A stretch of 62,845 nucleotides of DNA, counting the filler, from Atractiella rhizophila (lineage: Eukaryota), in NCBI GenBank assembly GCA_021432655.1. It is 3 parts of 3 records of this genome, joined end to end, with 100 filler letters (N's around TTAATTAATTAA, not from the genome) between each part and the next. Parts side by side here need not be neighbours in the genome. Positions count along the whole stretch, not along the records: positions 1 to 22,703 come from MU271754.1; 2 more parts are not named here. One strand, 5' to 3'. Shown here piece by piece: positions 1 to 17,300 of this stretch. The notes under the pieces were generated by a model that saw nothing but the letters and a program-made list of their open reading frames with translations, searched no databases and was not told the DNA's origin. Every line of letters starts with the position of its first letter. The stretch's first letter is position 1. The translations under genes were made by a program, and so were the position numbers.

Positions 1-410
1 TCTCTGCTTCGAGGCTGCCCTGTTCGATGAAGGAATCGAAAAAAGTGAGAAAATCGCCGTCTGAGATGCTGACTGCGGCGCCGTCGGAGGGCTGAGCGGT
101 GCTGGGGAGGAGCGAGGACAGGGTTGTGGTAGCCACGGCGCTTTGTACTTCTGGATGGAGTGAAATGGGCACCAAAAGTTGGTCAGGTGGAAGTATGGAT
201 GGATGAGTGGACGGAGGATCGTGAGCAGTGATCGCTTTTCGGAGTTGGTTCAGTTCGATCAGTCCTTTGGACAGTATGAATACTATAACCAGTTGGCCAG
301 AGAAGGAGTAGCTGCTGAGCGCAAAAAGATGCTGCGGGAGGCTGAGGATTCGTGAGATCGTCGTCGAACTCGCTGAGAAGAATAACTTGAAGGAAGAGGA
401 ATGCGAAGGC
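1..410 (-). CDS. Hypothetical protein, partial (runs off window start)
   Basis: A stop-free minus frame of >120 codons (…SASSTTISRILSLPQHLF…FDSFIEQGSLEAE) begins after a CTAATAG acceptor-like site near 410. The start codon was not located and no family was recognised. Confidence 0.3.
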
Positions 411-571
411 TATTAGGCACAGCCGGGATATCCCGGTCCGCATTCCTCGCTGGATAAAACTTTAATCTTGCATTAACATTGCACACGTGATATCCTTCAG
501 CATCACTCTTGTAATATAGCTTATCAAGTACATCCATTGCAGCACGCTCTGTTGTAGAGTCATATGCCAAC

Positions 572-1117
572 ATGTCAACCTCAACAGCACCCGCTCCCTC
601 GCCCTCCCTCGTCCGATTCGCCTCCAGCGTGCTCTCCCTCCTCCGCTCCTGGTCCGCTCTCACCCTCGTCCTCTCGCACAACCCCACCACCGGCTGCACC
701 GTCGAATCCTTCGCCGAAGAGATCGTCTCCCTCTTCCTCGCCGAAGAAACGATCCCGTCCCAAGAAGCGGTCGAGGATTTCGTGCTCGGGTATTTCGATG
801 AGGACCTTTCGACGAGTTTGGAGGATGGGTCGGAGGTTGGGGTTGCGAGGGATTTGAGGATGTTGTGGACGGAGAGTCTTGGGGAGGGAGAGGGGGAGAC
901 GATGCGGAGGGTGAGGGAGGTGGAGGGGAGGATGAAGGGGAGGAAGGTCGAGGCGAAGGTGGATGAAGATGAGGAGGTTAGTGGGAGTGATAGTGAGGAG
1001 GAGAGCGGAGAGGACGATGTGCAGGTGGATGTCGTGGAACCTTCTACAAAGGGGAGAACAAAACCTGAGCCTGTCGTCGATGAGGACGGTTTTACGTTGG
1101 TGCAAAAGAAACGGTGA
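572..1117 (+). CDS. TSR2: Pre-rRNA processing protein Tsr2 (eS26 escortin)
   Basis: Single-exon 181-aa ORF with W(S)AL near the N-terminus, a VEDF…FDED…LEDGS core, an acidic linker and the characteristic C-terminal VDEDGFTLVQKKR. Confidence 0.85.
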   Translation: MSTSTAPAPSPSLVRFASSVLSLLRSWSALTLVLSHNPTTGCTVESFAEEIVSLFLAEETIPSQEAVEDFVLGYFDEDLSTSLEDGSEVGVARDLRMLWTESLGEGEGETMRRVREVEGRMKGRKVEAKVDEDEEVSGSDSEEESGEDDVQVDVVEPSTKGRTKPEPVVDEDGFTLVQKKR

Positions 1118-1506
1118 TGGTGAGCTTTTATTATTTGTTTTGGGATCCAGTATTCATAGACATCAAGTGTAAAATGCGTCTCTCCTGCTTCCAGACGGTC
1201 TCATGTAACAAAATGCTCCACTCCATCAACGCGTCAACAAGCATCGATCGTAACATGCAAAAAGTAGAAATTCAGATCTGTGACGTCATATGTCGTTGTG
1301 TCCAGCGTTCCGTTTTCAGTTTCTTCCTCATTTCCATTTAAATGCTGCCCTGCTCTACCTACTATCGATATATTATCCCTGGCAGGAGCATCCCAGCAAG
1401 CATCCCATATCCAACAAGCAAGGGCATCGGCCAACCCTCGCTCCCGCACCGACTGAAGTCGTATATAACAAACCTGAATCTGGTAGCATAGCTTGAGGAG
1501 GTCAAC

Positions 1507-3929
1507 ATGGCTCCCACTCTCCCAGAGGTACTGTACACGCTCCACACCAAAGCTAGAAATGCTGAACGCACGGCTCAGGATCCAAGGAAAGGAAAGAAGT
1601 ACGTATCATCCCAGCGCGCTTAAACCGCTGCATTCATCCATGGACTCATATAATTGACGATGTTGGAAAGGCCAACGGAGGAATCAGAGGCACATCGAAT
1701 CTTCAGAAGCTACCCTGGGACGACTCCGAAGAAGGAATACCACCATCATCACAAAGCGAGGAAACATGCGATTCCCACTCCCAGTACGGCCGTTGGAGCC
1801 CTCAAGAGCGCCATTTCGCCTGATGGTGGGTTAGGCAATGAAGAGAAGCAGAAGGAGGCGGAGAAAGAGATGGAACAGGATAACCATTCTGAACCGTTAC
1901 CTGGCATTCAGAATCCTGGAGGTCTGTTCGTTGTTTCGTTTCTACTGTGGTTTGCTGATAATATTTACAGCTACGGGTGACGCACTTTTACAGTCGAGCT
2001 GATAATGGTCAGGGACTGATTCGAGGGGACGGCAGGTGTGATCTTCGTTATGGATCGGGCTTTCGCAAACGGCTTCACATATACAAGCGATGAATGGGCG
2101 AATTTCGGACAAGGTCCCTTCTGCTGCTTTGGATTGCCTGGGTGATTAACACGAATTGGGTAGGTGCACCGGAAGTGGGAGAGATCCCCGGAGCTCCACC
2201 TCGTCCTACTTCAATCTCGCTCGACAGCACACCGGATATCAACGAATATGCTCCCACCACAGGAGTGAAAGAGCTGAGACAGGCTGTGGCGGATTACTAC
2301 AACTATTCGTTTAGGGAAGGGAAGGAGTCCAAGTACACTTACGAGAACGTGTGTATCGTGCCGGGTGGACGAGCTGGTAGATTTTCTCTCATCATTCAGT
2401 TTTATGCTGACGAGTCGTTGAAGGATTGACGAGGGTTGCGGCTGTTGTTGGAGACGTTCTTGTTTCCTATTCCTTGCCTGAGGTTCGCCAATGTCCCTGA
2501 CGTAGACTAAGACTGAATATTTGCCAGTACACGGCATACGATCAAATGCTGTCGGTTTTCAAAAGAATGGTGCCCATACCCACGTCGCTTGACGCTACTG
2601 TCAGTGTTCCATTTCCCTGTTCCCTGTAGAGCATGCTGAACCGGTTCACCACAGGACAATTACAGGTTGAATGTGGACAAGCTTCGAGAGAACATCCATA
2701 AGATGGGCTTATCGGTGGTAGTCGTGTCCAACCCCAAGAATCCTACTGGTCAAGCGATCGAAGGTTCCTTTCTTGTTCTCTGGTGATTTTTTAGATTTTT
2801 GCTGACCAACTGATCATTCAGGAGAGGAATTGGAACGCCTTGTGTCTTTGTCTCGAACAGATCAGACCACGCTAGTCCTCGATGAGTTCTATAGCGCCTA
2901 TAATTATGAGGGGAAGGAAGGAGACGCTTTGAGCGCTTCGAGATACATTGAGGATGTCAACAAAGATCCTGTCATTTTGATCGATGGCCTTACGAAAGGA
3001 TTTCGGTAGGTCCTGCTATTCACATTACCCTGAACATTCTTGCTGATCGTCTTCAGGTTGCCTGGATGGAGATGTTGCTGGGTTGTCGCTCCGCGAAACA
3101 TCATCTCAGCCCTCAGCGTACGTTTCTCGCCTTGATACTGGTTCGCAATCCAACCTAGGATTTCTCTAGCAATCGGGCAGTTTCCTTGACGGAGGGGCCT
3201 CTCATCCAATCCAGATCGCTGCCATCCCATTCCTGAAGAAGGAATTCGTCATGCAAGACCGCCTTGCTCTTCGTTCGTCCGCCGCTCCTCTCTGGTTTCG
3301 TCTTATCAGTTGAATTGAACAGAGCGACACTTCAAGATGAAAAGAGATCACGTCTTGAAACGCTTGAACGACATGGGTTTAGAAGTCAAGGTTCCACCTA
3401 AAGTGAGTCTCCCCACACAGAGCACGGAGACTTGTTCCTGAGACTGGCCATAGTGGACTTTCTATATCTGGTTGGACCTCTCCGGCCTTCCTGAACCTCT
3501 TAGCTCCGGCTTGGTATTCTTCGAAGAGCTGCTCAAAGAGAAGTGCATTGTAGTCCCTGGCCTCTTCTTCGACATGTGCGATTCCTTCCCTTCTGCTACT
3601 CATTTCCCTGACGTTTGTGCGATAGAAACCCATCGCATAGAAGAAACCTCAGCGATTCTCCTTGTCACCATTTCGTCCGTCTCTCCTTTGGTCCGCCCCT
3701 CGAACAACTGGATAAAGGTCTGCCTTCCGTTCTTCATGTAGGGCTAGAACGTTGATGGCTAAACCTGTTTGGCATTACAGGACTGGACTCGATCGAAAGG
3801 GTGTTGAAGAAAGCTCGCGCACACATGGAAGAGAAAGGTCATTTGAACGAGTTCGGCCAGAACCTCAAGTTCAGTGGTCCCTCACATTTCTCCAATTCTT
3901 CGACACACGGCAGACCTGGTTGGTCATGA
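1507..3929 (+). CDS. PLP-dependent aminotransferase class I/II (aspartate aminotransferase-like), multi-exon
   Basis: Spliced translation gives GQGAPEVG, YAPTTGVKELR, SNPKNPTG, VLDEFY, IDGLTKGFRLPGWR (catalytic Lys) and IVVPGLFFD, with a stop at 3927-3929. Confidence 0.85.
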
Positions 3930-4101
3930 ACACGAAAAGTGTTGGCGAATCTGTAACTCGATCGAATTCCATGGTACGAATACAATGATGTGCCGTCGTC
4001 TCAATAGTGTACATAGTCAAATGCGAAGGAATATATACAAGAAATCATCAAATGCCCAATTTTGACGTGATGGATTAAGCACTCAGAGATCGAAAGAGGG
4101 A

Positions 4102-6973
4102 TTAACGAACAAAGACACGATAGGTGATCCAAGCACCGCAGATTGCAATTGCTGCCAACCCTGCAAGGATGGAGAAGAACCAGTGAAGGTTCTCAACGTC
4201 CTGTCCGGGAACATGGACGTTCATCCCCCATAGACCAGTGATCAAGCTGTTTCTCTCTCAGTACGAGTTGCGATCTAGTGTGAGTGAAGGGGACAAACTT
4301 CATTGGGAGAAGGATTGTACCTAGAGCTGTGAGGCGACCGAGCACGTCGTTGATTTGATTGTTCGCCTCCGTCACTGTACCCAACGAGAATCAATATCTG
4401 CTAGCTCTATTAATGCAAAGGGAGAGAAAGAGCGCACTCTCGATTGATATTTGTGCAAGGTAATTTGAATGCGACCTCGACAGGATCTTTTCGTAGTGAT
4501 TTAAGTTCTGGGTCATGGTGATCAAGTGATCCTATCATCGAAACATCCGTCAGTACAGCCATTCATACAGTTGTTGTTGTTGAATGATGAGGTGTCGAGA
4601 TGACGGAGAGGGAGGAAAGCGCACCTGGATATCCGAGAGATAAAGCCCGATATCACTCTTGGGAGCCACGCTCCAATTCTCATTACACCTCTTCGCGAGA
4701 CCCTTCACCACATCCGCCTTATTTCCCATCAGCCTCAACAAACCCATCACCTTCTTCCGACACGTTCCTATCCTGCGTCCCTCCCCTCACCTCAGCCACA
4801 TCCACAACCATGGGAATGAAACCATGGGGAGGGAGGGAGGAGAGGAGACGCACCGACGGAGCATGTCGCTTTGTTCGGTCTCCTTGAGTATGAGCACGAG
4901 CTCGTCCACGCTGTCTACTTCGTATTCGATACCTTGAATCAAGGGACCGAAAGCGTCGGTGATGTCGTCGATGAGCGCGTAGGATATCCAGTCCGATGTG
5001 ACGTTGATGTAATCCTTCAGTTGTTTTATCCTCCTCCTCACGTTCTGGGGATGAGGTGTGCCTCTGAAATGAAACTGGCACGACACACCATATCAGCAAC
5101 AAGGAGAGGGTAATCAAAAATGAAAGAGAGATGACATACGGAGAGAGTGCCCTCTCGGAAGACTATGATGTACATATTGAGCGGTTCGAGATAGGTCCTG
5201 GAATAAGGATCCTGGTCGAAAGATCTGAAAGAGACGAGGTAATAATTCCTGAACAGCTCGATCTTTTCACGCGTTTCTTCCATCAAAACGTCCTCCGTAG
5301 TGAGCGGATGTATCCCGAACGCCTTTCGTCACTCATCAGAATCCTCCTCTCATCCTCCTCCTCCTTCTGCAAAGGCATAGAGAGATGTAAGGACGGACCT
5401 TGGAGAGGACCTTCATCTCCCCATCCGTCGGACACAACACATCCAACCACCAAGTGTTGGCTTCCGCATCCTCATCGCTCCTCACCAAACCCATCATTCC
5501 TGTCATACCCGCTCCCATAGCAGCCGACGCTCCATACTCCCTCCTTTTCGTGCCCGCACCCATCGTCCCTATCCCAGCGGCACCATCCCTTGCATACCCC
5601 ATCCAGCGTCCTGCACCGACCTCCTCCATGTTTGTGTTCGTGTTGGTGGTGGCACTGGCAGTGGTTGAGATTGTGGGACTAGGTCGATTTCCGACGAAGA
5701 GTTCTTCGAAAGTCTGTTCCTCCGAGCTGGGGAGCTCAGAGAGGGATTTGGCGTGGATGGTGGCTGGGAGGGAGTTGGAGTAGAACGAGAAGCGATATGG
5801 ACGTTCGTCCACCGACGAGGTCGTCGTGTCTTTCCTCGTCGGAGAGGCTGCCGAGGCTGACGGTTGACGATGGGTCGAGGAGGGTTTGAAGGTTTGAAAG
5901 TCTGGACGGTTATCCGTTGCTCCGCTCGCACCAGTGCTGGGATGGTGGGAAGAAGAGAGGAGAGGCGTCTTCTGGTCTGCCTTTGGTTTCACCCCTCCTT
6001 CTCCACCTTGGCGACCGAAAGGAAAAGCGCCGAGAGCGGTCCCCTCTTCGAAGAGAGCCAATTTCTTCTGTCTAACCGGGCCTATACTCTCACTCAGCCT
6101 CCTATTCGGCCTCCTCTTCATTCCCTCCCTTCCTCCTCCAGGCGCTGCTCCCTCACCGGGAGAAGAGGATGACATGGCGGCATTGACGAAAGCGACCCTC
6201 CTCCCCTCCTCTTTCTCCCTCCTCAAACTCTTCCTCTCCTCCCTCGCCCACTCCTCCAACGCTCCAAAGTCGAAAGGATACAAGAAACCAGGCAAAACCC
6301 CAGGTAGCCCTCTCGGCCTCTCCGTCCCGACTCCCTCCTTCTCGATCCCGTCGCTCGACTTTTGAGAGCCCGAGTCTGGCGCAATGTCGGCAGAGGTGGG
6401 AAGCGGAAGAGGGATCGGGATGGAAGATGTTGGCGCGGGGAAACAGACGTCAGATTCAGGGTCGGCCAGGAGGGAAGGACGGCGTGAGAGGTCGGGAGGG
6501 AGGTGAGGGTCTGCGTGAGCCTGGACATTCGGATGGATGTGGGAATGAGACGGTGTGTCTTCTCCTCCATCGTCCATGTCGATAGCCGACTCGTCCGGTA
6601 GGTTACGCGAAGCCAGCTTAGATGGAGACTGGACCAGTGTGGCACTCCTCCCTCTACCCACAGCTGCATTATGGGCCAAAGAGATCGAAGGAGACGTATG
6701 CCTGTGATCTATAACGCCGTCATTCTCCTCCCCATCCGTCTCGTCGCCATATCCACCAGCAAACACCTCCCCACCCGCCTCTCCCTCCACATCCTCCTCG
6801 CTCCTCCGCTTCCTCCGTGGACGCTGGTGCGGATGGGGATGGGGACGGGTGAAGGAGAAGAGGCGGTTGGTGTGCGAGGACCCGATGAGGGAGGTGGCGA
6901 GGTGGGCGTCCTGTGCTGCTTGGTGGGAGTCTACGCTGTTCCGCCGTGAGGAAGGGAGCGAAGGTGATGCCAT
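4102..6973 (-). CDS. CorA-family Mg2+ transporter (ALR1/MNR2-like), multi-exon
   Basis: WWLDVLCPT, EETREKIELFRNYY, WISYALIDDITDAF, LTALGTILLP, the GMN signature (GLWGMNVHVPG) and a C-terminal TM helix. Confidence 0.9.
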
Positions 6974-7327
6974 GTCTTTATTTTTATGTCGTCGTTTTTG
7001 GCAGGTAATTCTTGGAGTGGAATGCGTTGCGTTGTTGAAAGTTGGCTTGATCGAGATCAACCAATCTCCCCCAGTCAACCCAGTCCTAGATTGATTGCAA
7101 ACAGTACATATTGGTGTAGATAGGGAATAACGGAATAAGAGGGATAAAGGAAGGATTAGGAATACGAAGCAGCAGGGACATAAGAAACGTGCGTTCCATT
7201 TCCCTTTTCCATGGAGAAAGAGAAGCACGAAGAATAGGGGTTCATTACGTTTCTTACTTTATATCTAGATATCCTATATTATCTTACATTTATCCTACTC
7301 CTCATCAGTATACTACCATTTATCCAC

Positions 7328-10612
<3,285 letters not shown>

Positions 10613-11149
10613 TCTCTCTCGTTTTCTTTTCTCCATTTGTTTCGCGAGTGCCTGAATGAGTTCTTGGGATCTTGACTGAAGCCTTCGGTTTCATTAATCG
10701 CATCTTCCTTGTTTACTTCTCTAATTAGCCTCGATCGAGAAGAGAGCTATGTTGTACTCGTTTGTTTAGCACCAAGAATTTGTGTCGACTGATTTGTTTT
10801 TATTAATTCCCTCTCCTCCCTAACTTCCTTCCTCATTTGTCTTATCATACCTAGTGCCCGCTTCACTCTCACGTTCACATTCCAAATGACCGATATGTTC
10901 GCAAAATAGCCTTTCATACAATTCACTATTTCTGTGTTCAATTTATTTGGGCTCAAGTGAAGAATGGGAATATCATTGGACTTGTTGATGCTGTTATACA
11001 GATCTATCCGTACTTCGTATTTCGACCGAATGAAAATTGATGTACCAAAGCACTGAGTTGCTATGCATTGATCATTTAAGTCGTCAAAAGCGATCAAAAA
11101 CTGGGTACCAAAAGCAATACCATGCAAGCTAAAAAATCAATTGCTCAGA

Positions 11150-12761
11150 TCACACAACCTTGCCGAAATCGTCTATGTCGACCGTCGAGTCCCGATCAGA
11201 TACCTACATTTATTCGGTAAGTGAAAGCAAGAGGGAAGCTCCAAACTTACAGCAACCTCTTGCAGCTCCACTGAAACAATGTTCATATTGCTAGCCCTAG
11301 AAACGGTCCCATCTTGCCTTCGACCTGATGCTCGAGATAACGATCTGTCAGCTTGGGAATCTGTGGAACCGCCTGTATCTGAAATTACTAGTTACAACCA
11401 CTATCAATCGGACAAGTTCTGACAGAAAACGTTCTGCTTACTTTCTTCCTCCTTGATGATATACTTGGAGATTCCTCGTCCCATCCCGAAATTCCTCGAC
11501 GGCGTCCCTTCCACAGGCGAGAACTGCCCTGAGCCTCTGGCCGGCATTTCAATGCGTACCTCTTCTTTCGGGAGAGAAGGCCACGTTGAAGATCCTCTCA
11601 ACCACGATTTCGTTCGACCGGGTGACTTCCGAAGTGGTGTGGTTACTGCTTGACTTTGTTCGGTCTGCTCCCCACGATCGGGCCCACTGAGGAGGATGAC
11701 GAGAAAGGAAACGGAGTAGATCGAAGGTAGGATGGTGACCATGAATAGACTCCAAGCCGCCTGGTCCGACCCCTCGACCCCCTCCCAGATGGCCAACGCG
11801 ACGACGACGGCTTGGGAAATCCAAAGTAGCGTTCCGCTACAGATGATATACACAATGATGTTGTCGATAATGCTCCGCACGCGCACGGATGTGGCGGTCA
11901 AAGAGTTTTTCGCGTTCCGAAGTTCGGCGACAAGGAAGAATGACAAGCTGACATCGACCACCAACGAGACAGTAATCCAACCGGTGAGGATACCTTCAAA
12001 GCCCTGCAAATGGCTGATTATCCCAAACTTGAATATTATAAACATCCCGCCAACGATTCCAAGTGGCACATTCAGGACAGTGAAGATGAACGTGATCCAG
12101 AGGACGGCTTTCACCCACGTCTTATTCCATGTCACAAGTTTGCTCAGTTGCAGTCCACCTGTGAGGCATTCAACGCCTCCGCAAGGAGAAGGAGGAAGGA
12201 GAAACATACGGTACCAGATAAAGAGTTGGCACTGTGCCTGGAGCAAAATTGTTGTGACACTGAGTATGGCGTCGGCCCATTCGTCTCCTGGCTTCAGGAA
12301 ATAGTTCACGTCTCCCCAATGAGCAGCATGGAGGAGAGAGAACTGTAGACTAAAATGTTAGCACTTGTAAACAGAGGAACATACGACAATTCACCTTTGT
12401 GACGCCGGCAACGTTCATGAGGGTTTGTAAAAAGACGACAAATGCAACTATCCATTTCATCTTCTCGAACGTTTTGCCCTTGGCCAGCCTGAAGTAGCGA
12501 TTTGCGAGCACGACGATAATGCCATACAATATACAACAAATGAATGTGCCGAGCAGACTTGCTAACAGCCGATTATGCTGGTACGACAACGGAGCTCAGT
12601 CCACGAACCTGAAAAGAAAAAGACCTCACATAATTTGGCGGCAATCGTGAGAAGATCTCATCTGTGGTGCCGTCTTCAGTTGTGACATTTGTAGCATGAC
12701 TAGATATTGTGGTGATGATCGGAAAAGCTGACAATCCGCGTGTATGAAGATGAAGACCCAT
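11150..12761 (-). CDS. Multi-pass membrane protein, DUF6534-like basidiomycete family
   Basis: Spliced model contains LLGTFICCILYGI…RYF…WIVAFV, several hydrophobic helices, VDVSLSFFLV and ILPSIYSVSFLVIL. Two more 3' exons end at TGA 11150-11152. Confidence 0.6.
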
Positions 12762-14395
12762 TGGATTCGACTAAAACTGGCACGTATGATAAAAGAAAAA
12801 GCGCTAGAAAGAAGAGCAGCGTTTGCGTGCTGAAAATTCTCAAGTTTTTGCTCTCCTTTGTCCCATCCTAAAATTCGTTCCTTCAATCCTCCCACAGCAC
12901 CCTAGAGCTGTTATACCCTCGCCGCATCAACACAGTGAAGTTTCCTCCGTCCACCGAAACCCATGAGGGGTAGTGGTACTGAAAGTGCTGCTCGTTCAGT
13001 TTTAGAATGGACCTCGATGGGGCAATCAGCAATTCAGAAAGACGGGCGAGAATTTAGAGTGCCTCAAGCCTGGACCTCTACGAATTTTGCAGTTCAAACA
13101 GGTTAAGCTTTCAAGCGGAGAGTTCAAGGAGCAACTCAACTGCAACAGTGTGGGGTGTAGAGCCATTCTCTTTGCATCGATCGATGTCGAGGCCAACTTG
13201 TCCACGACAAAGGAAGCGGAGCTGGCTTCGGTTTGCCTTGAGTTTGCTCCACGCTTGGACACGGGGAGTTAGAAGTCTACTAAGCTTCTTGAAATGCGCA
13301 GCATCCCTCAGAGAAGGCCATCATAATTGGAAGCAACCGCGCAATTCAAAGGCTGCAGGACTTGGACGCCATTAAAATCAGAGTCAAGCAGAATACTCCG
13401 CTTGATTGGCGAAGGGCTTCCAAGGAAGCGGTGGCAATATCTCGGGATCACTGTTGGACCAATTCAAGCCTGATTTCAACCGAATGTGGTCTCATTCGTG
13501 GAGTGTGCTGATCGCGTCCAGCTGTGAGAAGGAGCAGAAGCGAAACCAGAACCGTTGAACCTCTCTCTCTCAGTGTACACAATATCCAACAGTTGGCTGG
13601 CTTCTTCGGAAGTGGGAAAAGAACACGAATTAGAATGGTTGGGGCTCACAGATAAAGGTCTCTGAGCTCCCATGTCTCCTTCCTTTGCACTCAAAAACAT
13701 TGCATCCTTCCCCCGTCCCCCATTCGTCCTCTATCAAAGAGGCCCATCATCCGTAAATTCTCGCACGACTCGGTGGTCAGAAGCCCGTTTGAATTTGTTT
13801 GAATGCTTCCTGATGATCTTGACACCTCTGTCTGAGCACCTTCGTTCCTTGACCGTCCTGTTCTTGTTTCCTTCCCGCAGATCCCGACCCCATTCCTTGT
13901 GCGCACGTTGTCACATTGCTGGTGCGTCTAGATGCGACGTCTTTGTGTCTCTGCAGCAGAGGGCAGCGTCTACTCTACTATCAAGCTTCACTGTGAACAA
14001 GTGCGAGCAGCACGCCTGGAACGTGTAGACCAGCAAAACTAGATTGATTGCTGGTTGAAATGGGTCGACTTTCATTCTGTTATGACTAGCAATACAAATC
14101 CAGCCTCCATTGTTCCTCCAAATCAATAATTCTGTACGAAGAATTGAGCAGGAATATTGACAAAGGTTGATAACGAAGCGTGGATACGAAATGATGGGCT
14201 AAACAGGAGTCGACAGAATCAAAAGGATCGAATGGGAGAACCCGTTACCAACGGAATCCTGTGCAACATCTTCCACCTGGAAGACTGTACACGATAGATA
14301 AATCACGAGGAAATCTACAACAGGATGAAAAGAAGATCAGAAACGAAGCCGCGTGCCAATGCACGTCATTTTAATGCTTTAGTTGTTGGTGTCGT

Positions 14396-17300
14396 TTATG
14401 GCGCCATCATCATGGCGTCCGCATTTTCCTCTTCGATTGTGTCCAAAATGGCTTTGATAATTCTTCCACCTTCCTCAGCTAAATAAGACGAGTTTCAGCA
14501 TTACATGCTAGAGCGAAAGAAGGATAGACAGACCAATTTCCCATCGGCTATCCTTGATAAGCTCCCAGATGGTGTGCAACAATCCAGCAATACCATTCAA
14601 GTCGTCCATTTGTGGGAGAACTAAAACCGAAGGTGAGGAGATTCTCTTGGTTCGTTAATAAACTCACTGTCGGGAGATTGTGTGCACAAGGCATCGAGGT
14701 ACGCCATCGCTTCCTCCGTTGGACGACCCCTACCAGGACGTGGGGGACCGGATATTGAAGTGCCTGCACAACAAGCATGACACGGGGTCAGTCATGAATT
14801 AGGACGCAACCCCACGTGAACTGCGAGGCGTTGCTGGGGGAGGGACGACTGACTATATGCATATAACGTCAAGGTTGAGATGTACATTGACCAGTTGAAG
14901 TGGACGCAGGAAGAGAGGTCCGATGGACTCTGGTTTCTGTGCAAAAGCGTGGACCTGCATTCCCACACCAAAATTTAGGCTGTAATTCGGATAAACCAAA
15001 GGCGACCATATATACCGTAAGAAATGAGCAGAGTGCCATGTTGCCTGCCTGCCCTCTTTTGTTGAAGACCAAGAGAAAATCCTCGTCTTTGTAGCCTCCA
15101 CGACAGCCGGGGCAACAGCGAGACCCAGAGCTCTTTCCGCACCCTGTCCCATTCAGCGCCTTCAATTGATGGGGTCAGCAGCCTGGCAGTTTGCTTACAG
15201 CCCAAATTTGGAGTTCGTGGACGTCAACTCCTTGGACTATGTGGGCGATCGCATACATCGATATCGAGCTCCGGAGAAGCTGCGAGTCGGGATACTTCGA
15301 GTTGATCAGACTGGTATCTAGTCGGGCTTTCCAACAGTTATACGCTGCAGACATCATCTCGCGCCAATCTTTTGTTGGCCCGTCTGGTGTTGCAATTCCA
15401 AGCTGTAAGATTCAATCTTCAGCAAAGATCTTTTGGGAAGAAAAGGGGGAAAGACCATAAAGTGATCTCGCCATTGCACTGTCAGGAGATACTGTTAGAG
15501 CCATTCCAGTGTTGAAGATGGACAGCGCACTATCGAACGAGACACTCATCTATTCACCATGGTTAGTTCTGTCCAGGATGCATTGGAGAGGAACTCACAA
15601 GTCCATGCAGGATCAAAATCCTCGAGAACGCATTCAGAACCGGCGGAGAATGCCCGGGAATCATGGATGCCTTGAGTGCTACAGGTAAACAGTTATCGCA
15701 CAGTCGTTTTTGATCTCTGCTGTAACGAGAGAGCGTACGTACCAGAGATGAACGGTAGTGGTGGGCGAGCAGCATGATGCCTCCTATTCCACTCACTAAC
15801 TGATGTGGCCGTCCACACGCTCTCATCAGAGGGCAGGGTGAGCTGAAGCTGGAATGCTGAGAGCGTGGGAGTGTGACGAAAGATGGCGGCGTGCTCTACG
15901 TCAATTAGAAAAGCCGAGAAGGCACATCGTTTTGCTGATTCTTCTGCGATCCATGCTCCTGGATGTCATTCGTCAACAATCGGATTGATGCATCAGTAAT
16001 GAACCAAGGGAGACTCACTCCATCTTGCATCAGCTTTGTCTTTGTGATTGTCAATCTCTGCAACTGATTTGGGAGAGAACAGCGCGCTCCTGCGTGCTAG
16101 CTGTATATTGCAACTCCATCTTGCATCAGCTTTGTCTTTGTGATTGTCAATCTCTGCAACTGATTTGGGAGAGAACAGCGCGCTCCTGCGTGCTAGCTGT
16201 ATATTGCGTTCAACTGGAAATCCTGTGTTTAAATGCGAATCATACCGTCACTACGGATCCCCAGAAAATATGACTCTTTAGATGGTGGTTAGTCAGTATT
16301 GTTCAAACGGCAGTGAAGAAGGGGGAGACCATTTCATGCGCCCTTCGATCGGAGCACATCTTCCCAAATATGATACAGAGTAAAACAGCCTGGAAAAGCC
16401 ACATTTCTGCCCGTGGCACGTAATGTTCCGACTGTTCATCAACATTATTAGTTGAATACAATACAAAGGAATAGAAATTCGAACGCAGATGATCATGCCT
16501 CGCAATTTTTCATGCACAATCTTCGCCATCGTGTGCGCCTCCAGATCGGCATAATAACATCCAAAGAGGAACATGGAGCATAATAGCGGCGTCGGCGTTG
16601 TTTCCGTCCTGCATTATTTAAATCTGCCTAGGGTAGCGCGTGCAATATAATGACGCACCTGAATGTTGCTTTGTGGATGATCGGGAATTGAGTTTCATGC
16701 ACGCGAGTCCAATAGAGGTGCAGGTAGAGTTGAATAGATTGTGGAGTTAGTTTCGGATGGTTGATGACCATTGGGATACTCGGCTTCGATGATTTCTGAT
16801 CAGCTCTTCGATAGAGAAGGAGGCAATGAACTTACAGAGAGATAATCAATGATCCTCTGAAAAGTGATTTGATCCACAAACGTGGTCGGGTCCTCTCTCT
16901 TCAGCGGCGCGTCGTCCTATTTCACATTCAACATCACTCCCATCTCTTCAAGCGATGAACGTACTGGAACAGGTTCCATCATGTATGGTAAACAAGGTGA
17001 GCTCTTATTGCTCGCATTGCTTCCCTCTCCAACGCTAGGTGGTGTATTTGTATTCTTCATGCCCATCGAAGGATCGAACATGTTAGGCGGCATCTGGAAA
17101 TTCTCCAATATCCGCGCGGCATTCGGATTGGACGGGTCGTTCATGTCGCCAATACCATCCAGAAGCCATTGAAGGTCGATAGCAGAGGCAAATGGTGCTT
17201 CACATCCATTAGATGAGCATGTAACGCAAAGGATGGAGTATCATGAGAAGAAAGATGAAAGACGACGTACCATCGTTGTGCCCTCCGAAGGAGAAAGGGT

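Noticed and set aside
6974..7228. N-terminal extension of the 630-aa CorA ORF
   Set aside because: It relies on an alternative start codon in AT-rich promoter DNA. The first plausible ATG is at 6973.
16917..16964. Apparent premature stop in the TF gene (…MLNVK*)
   Set aside because: The TAG is the acceptor of a 48-nt GTACGT…TAG intron, and the frame continues as DDAPLKRE.
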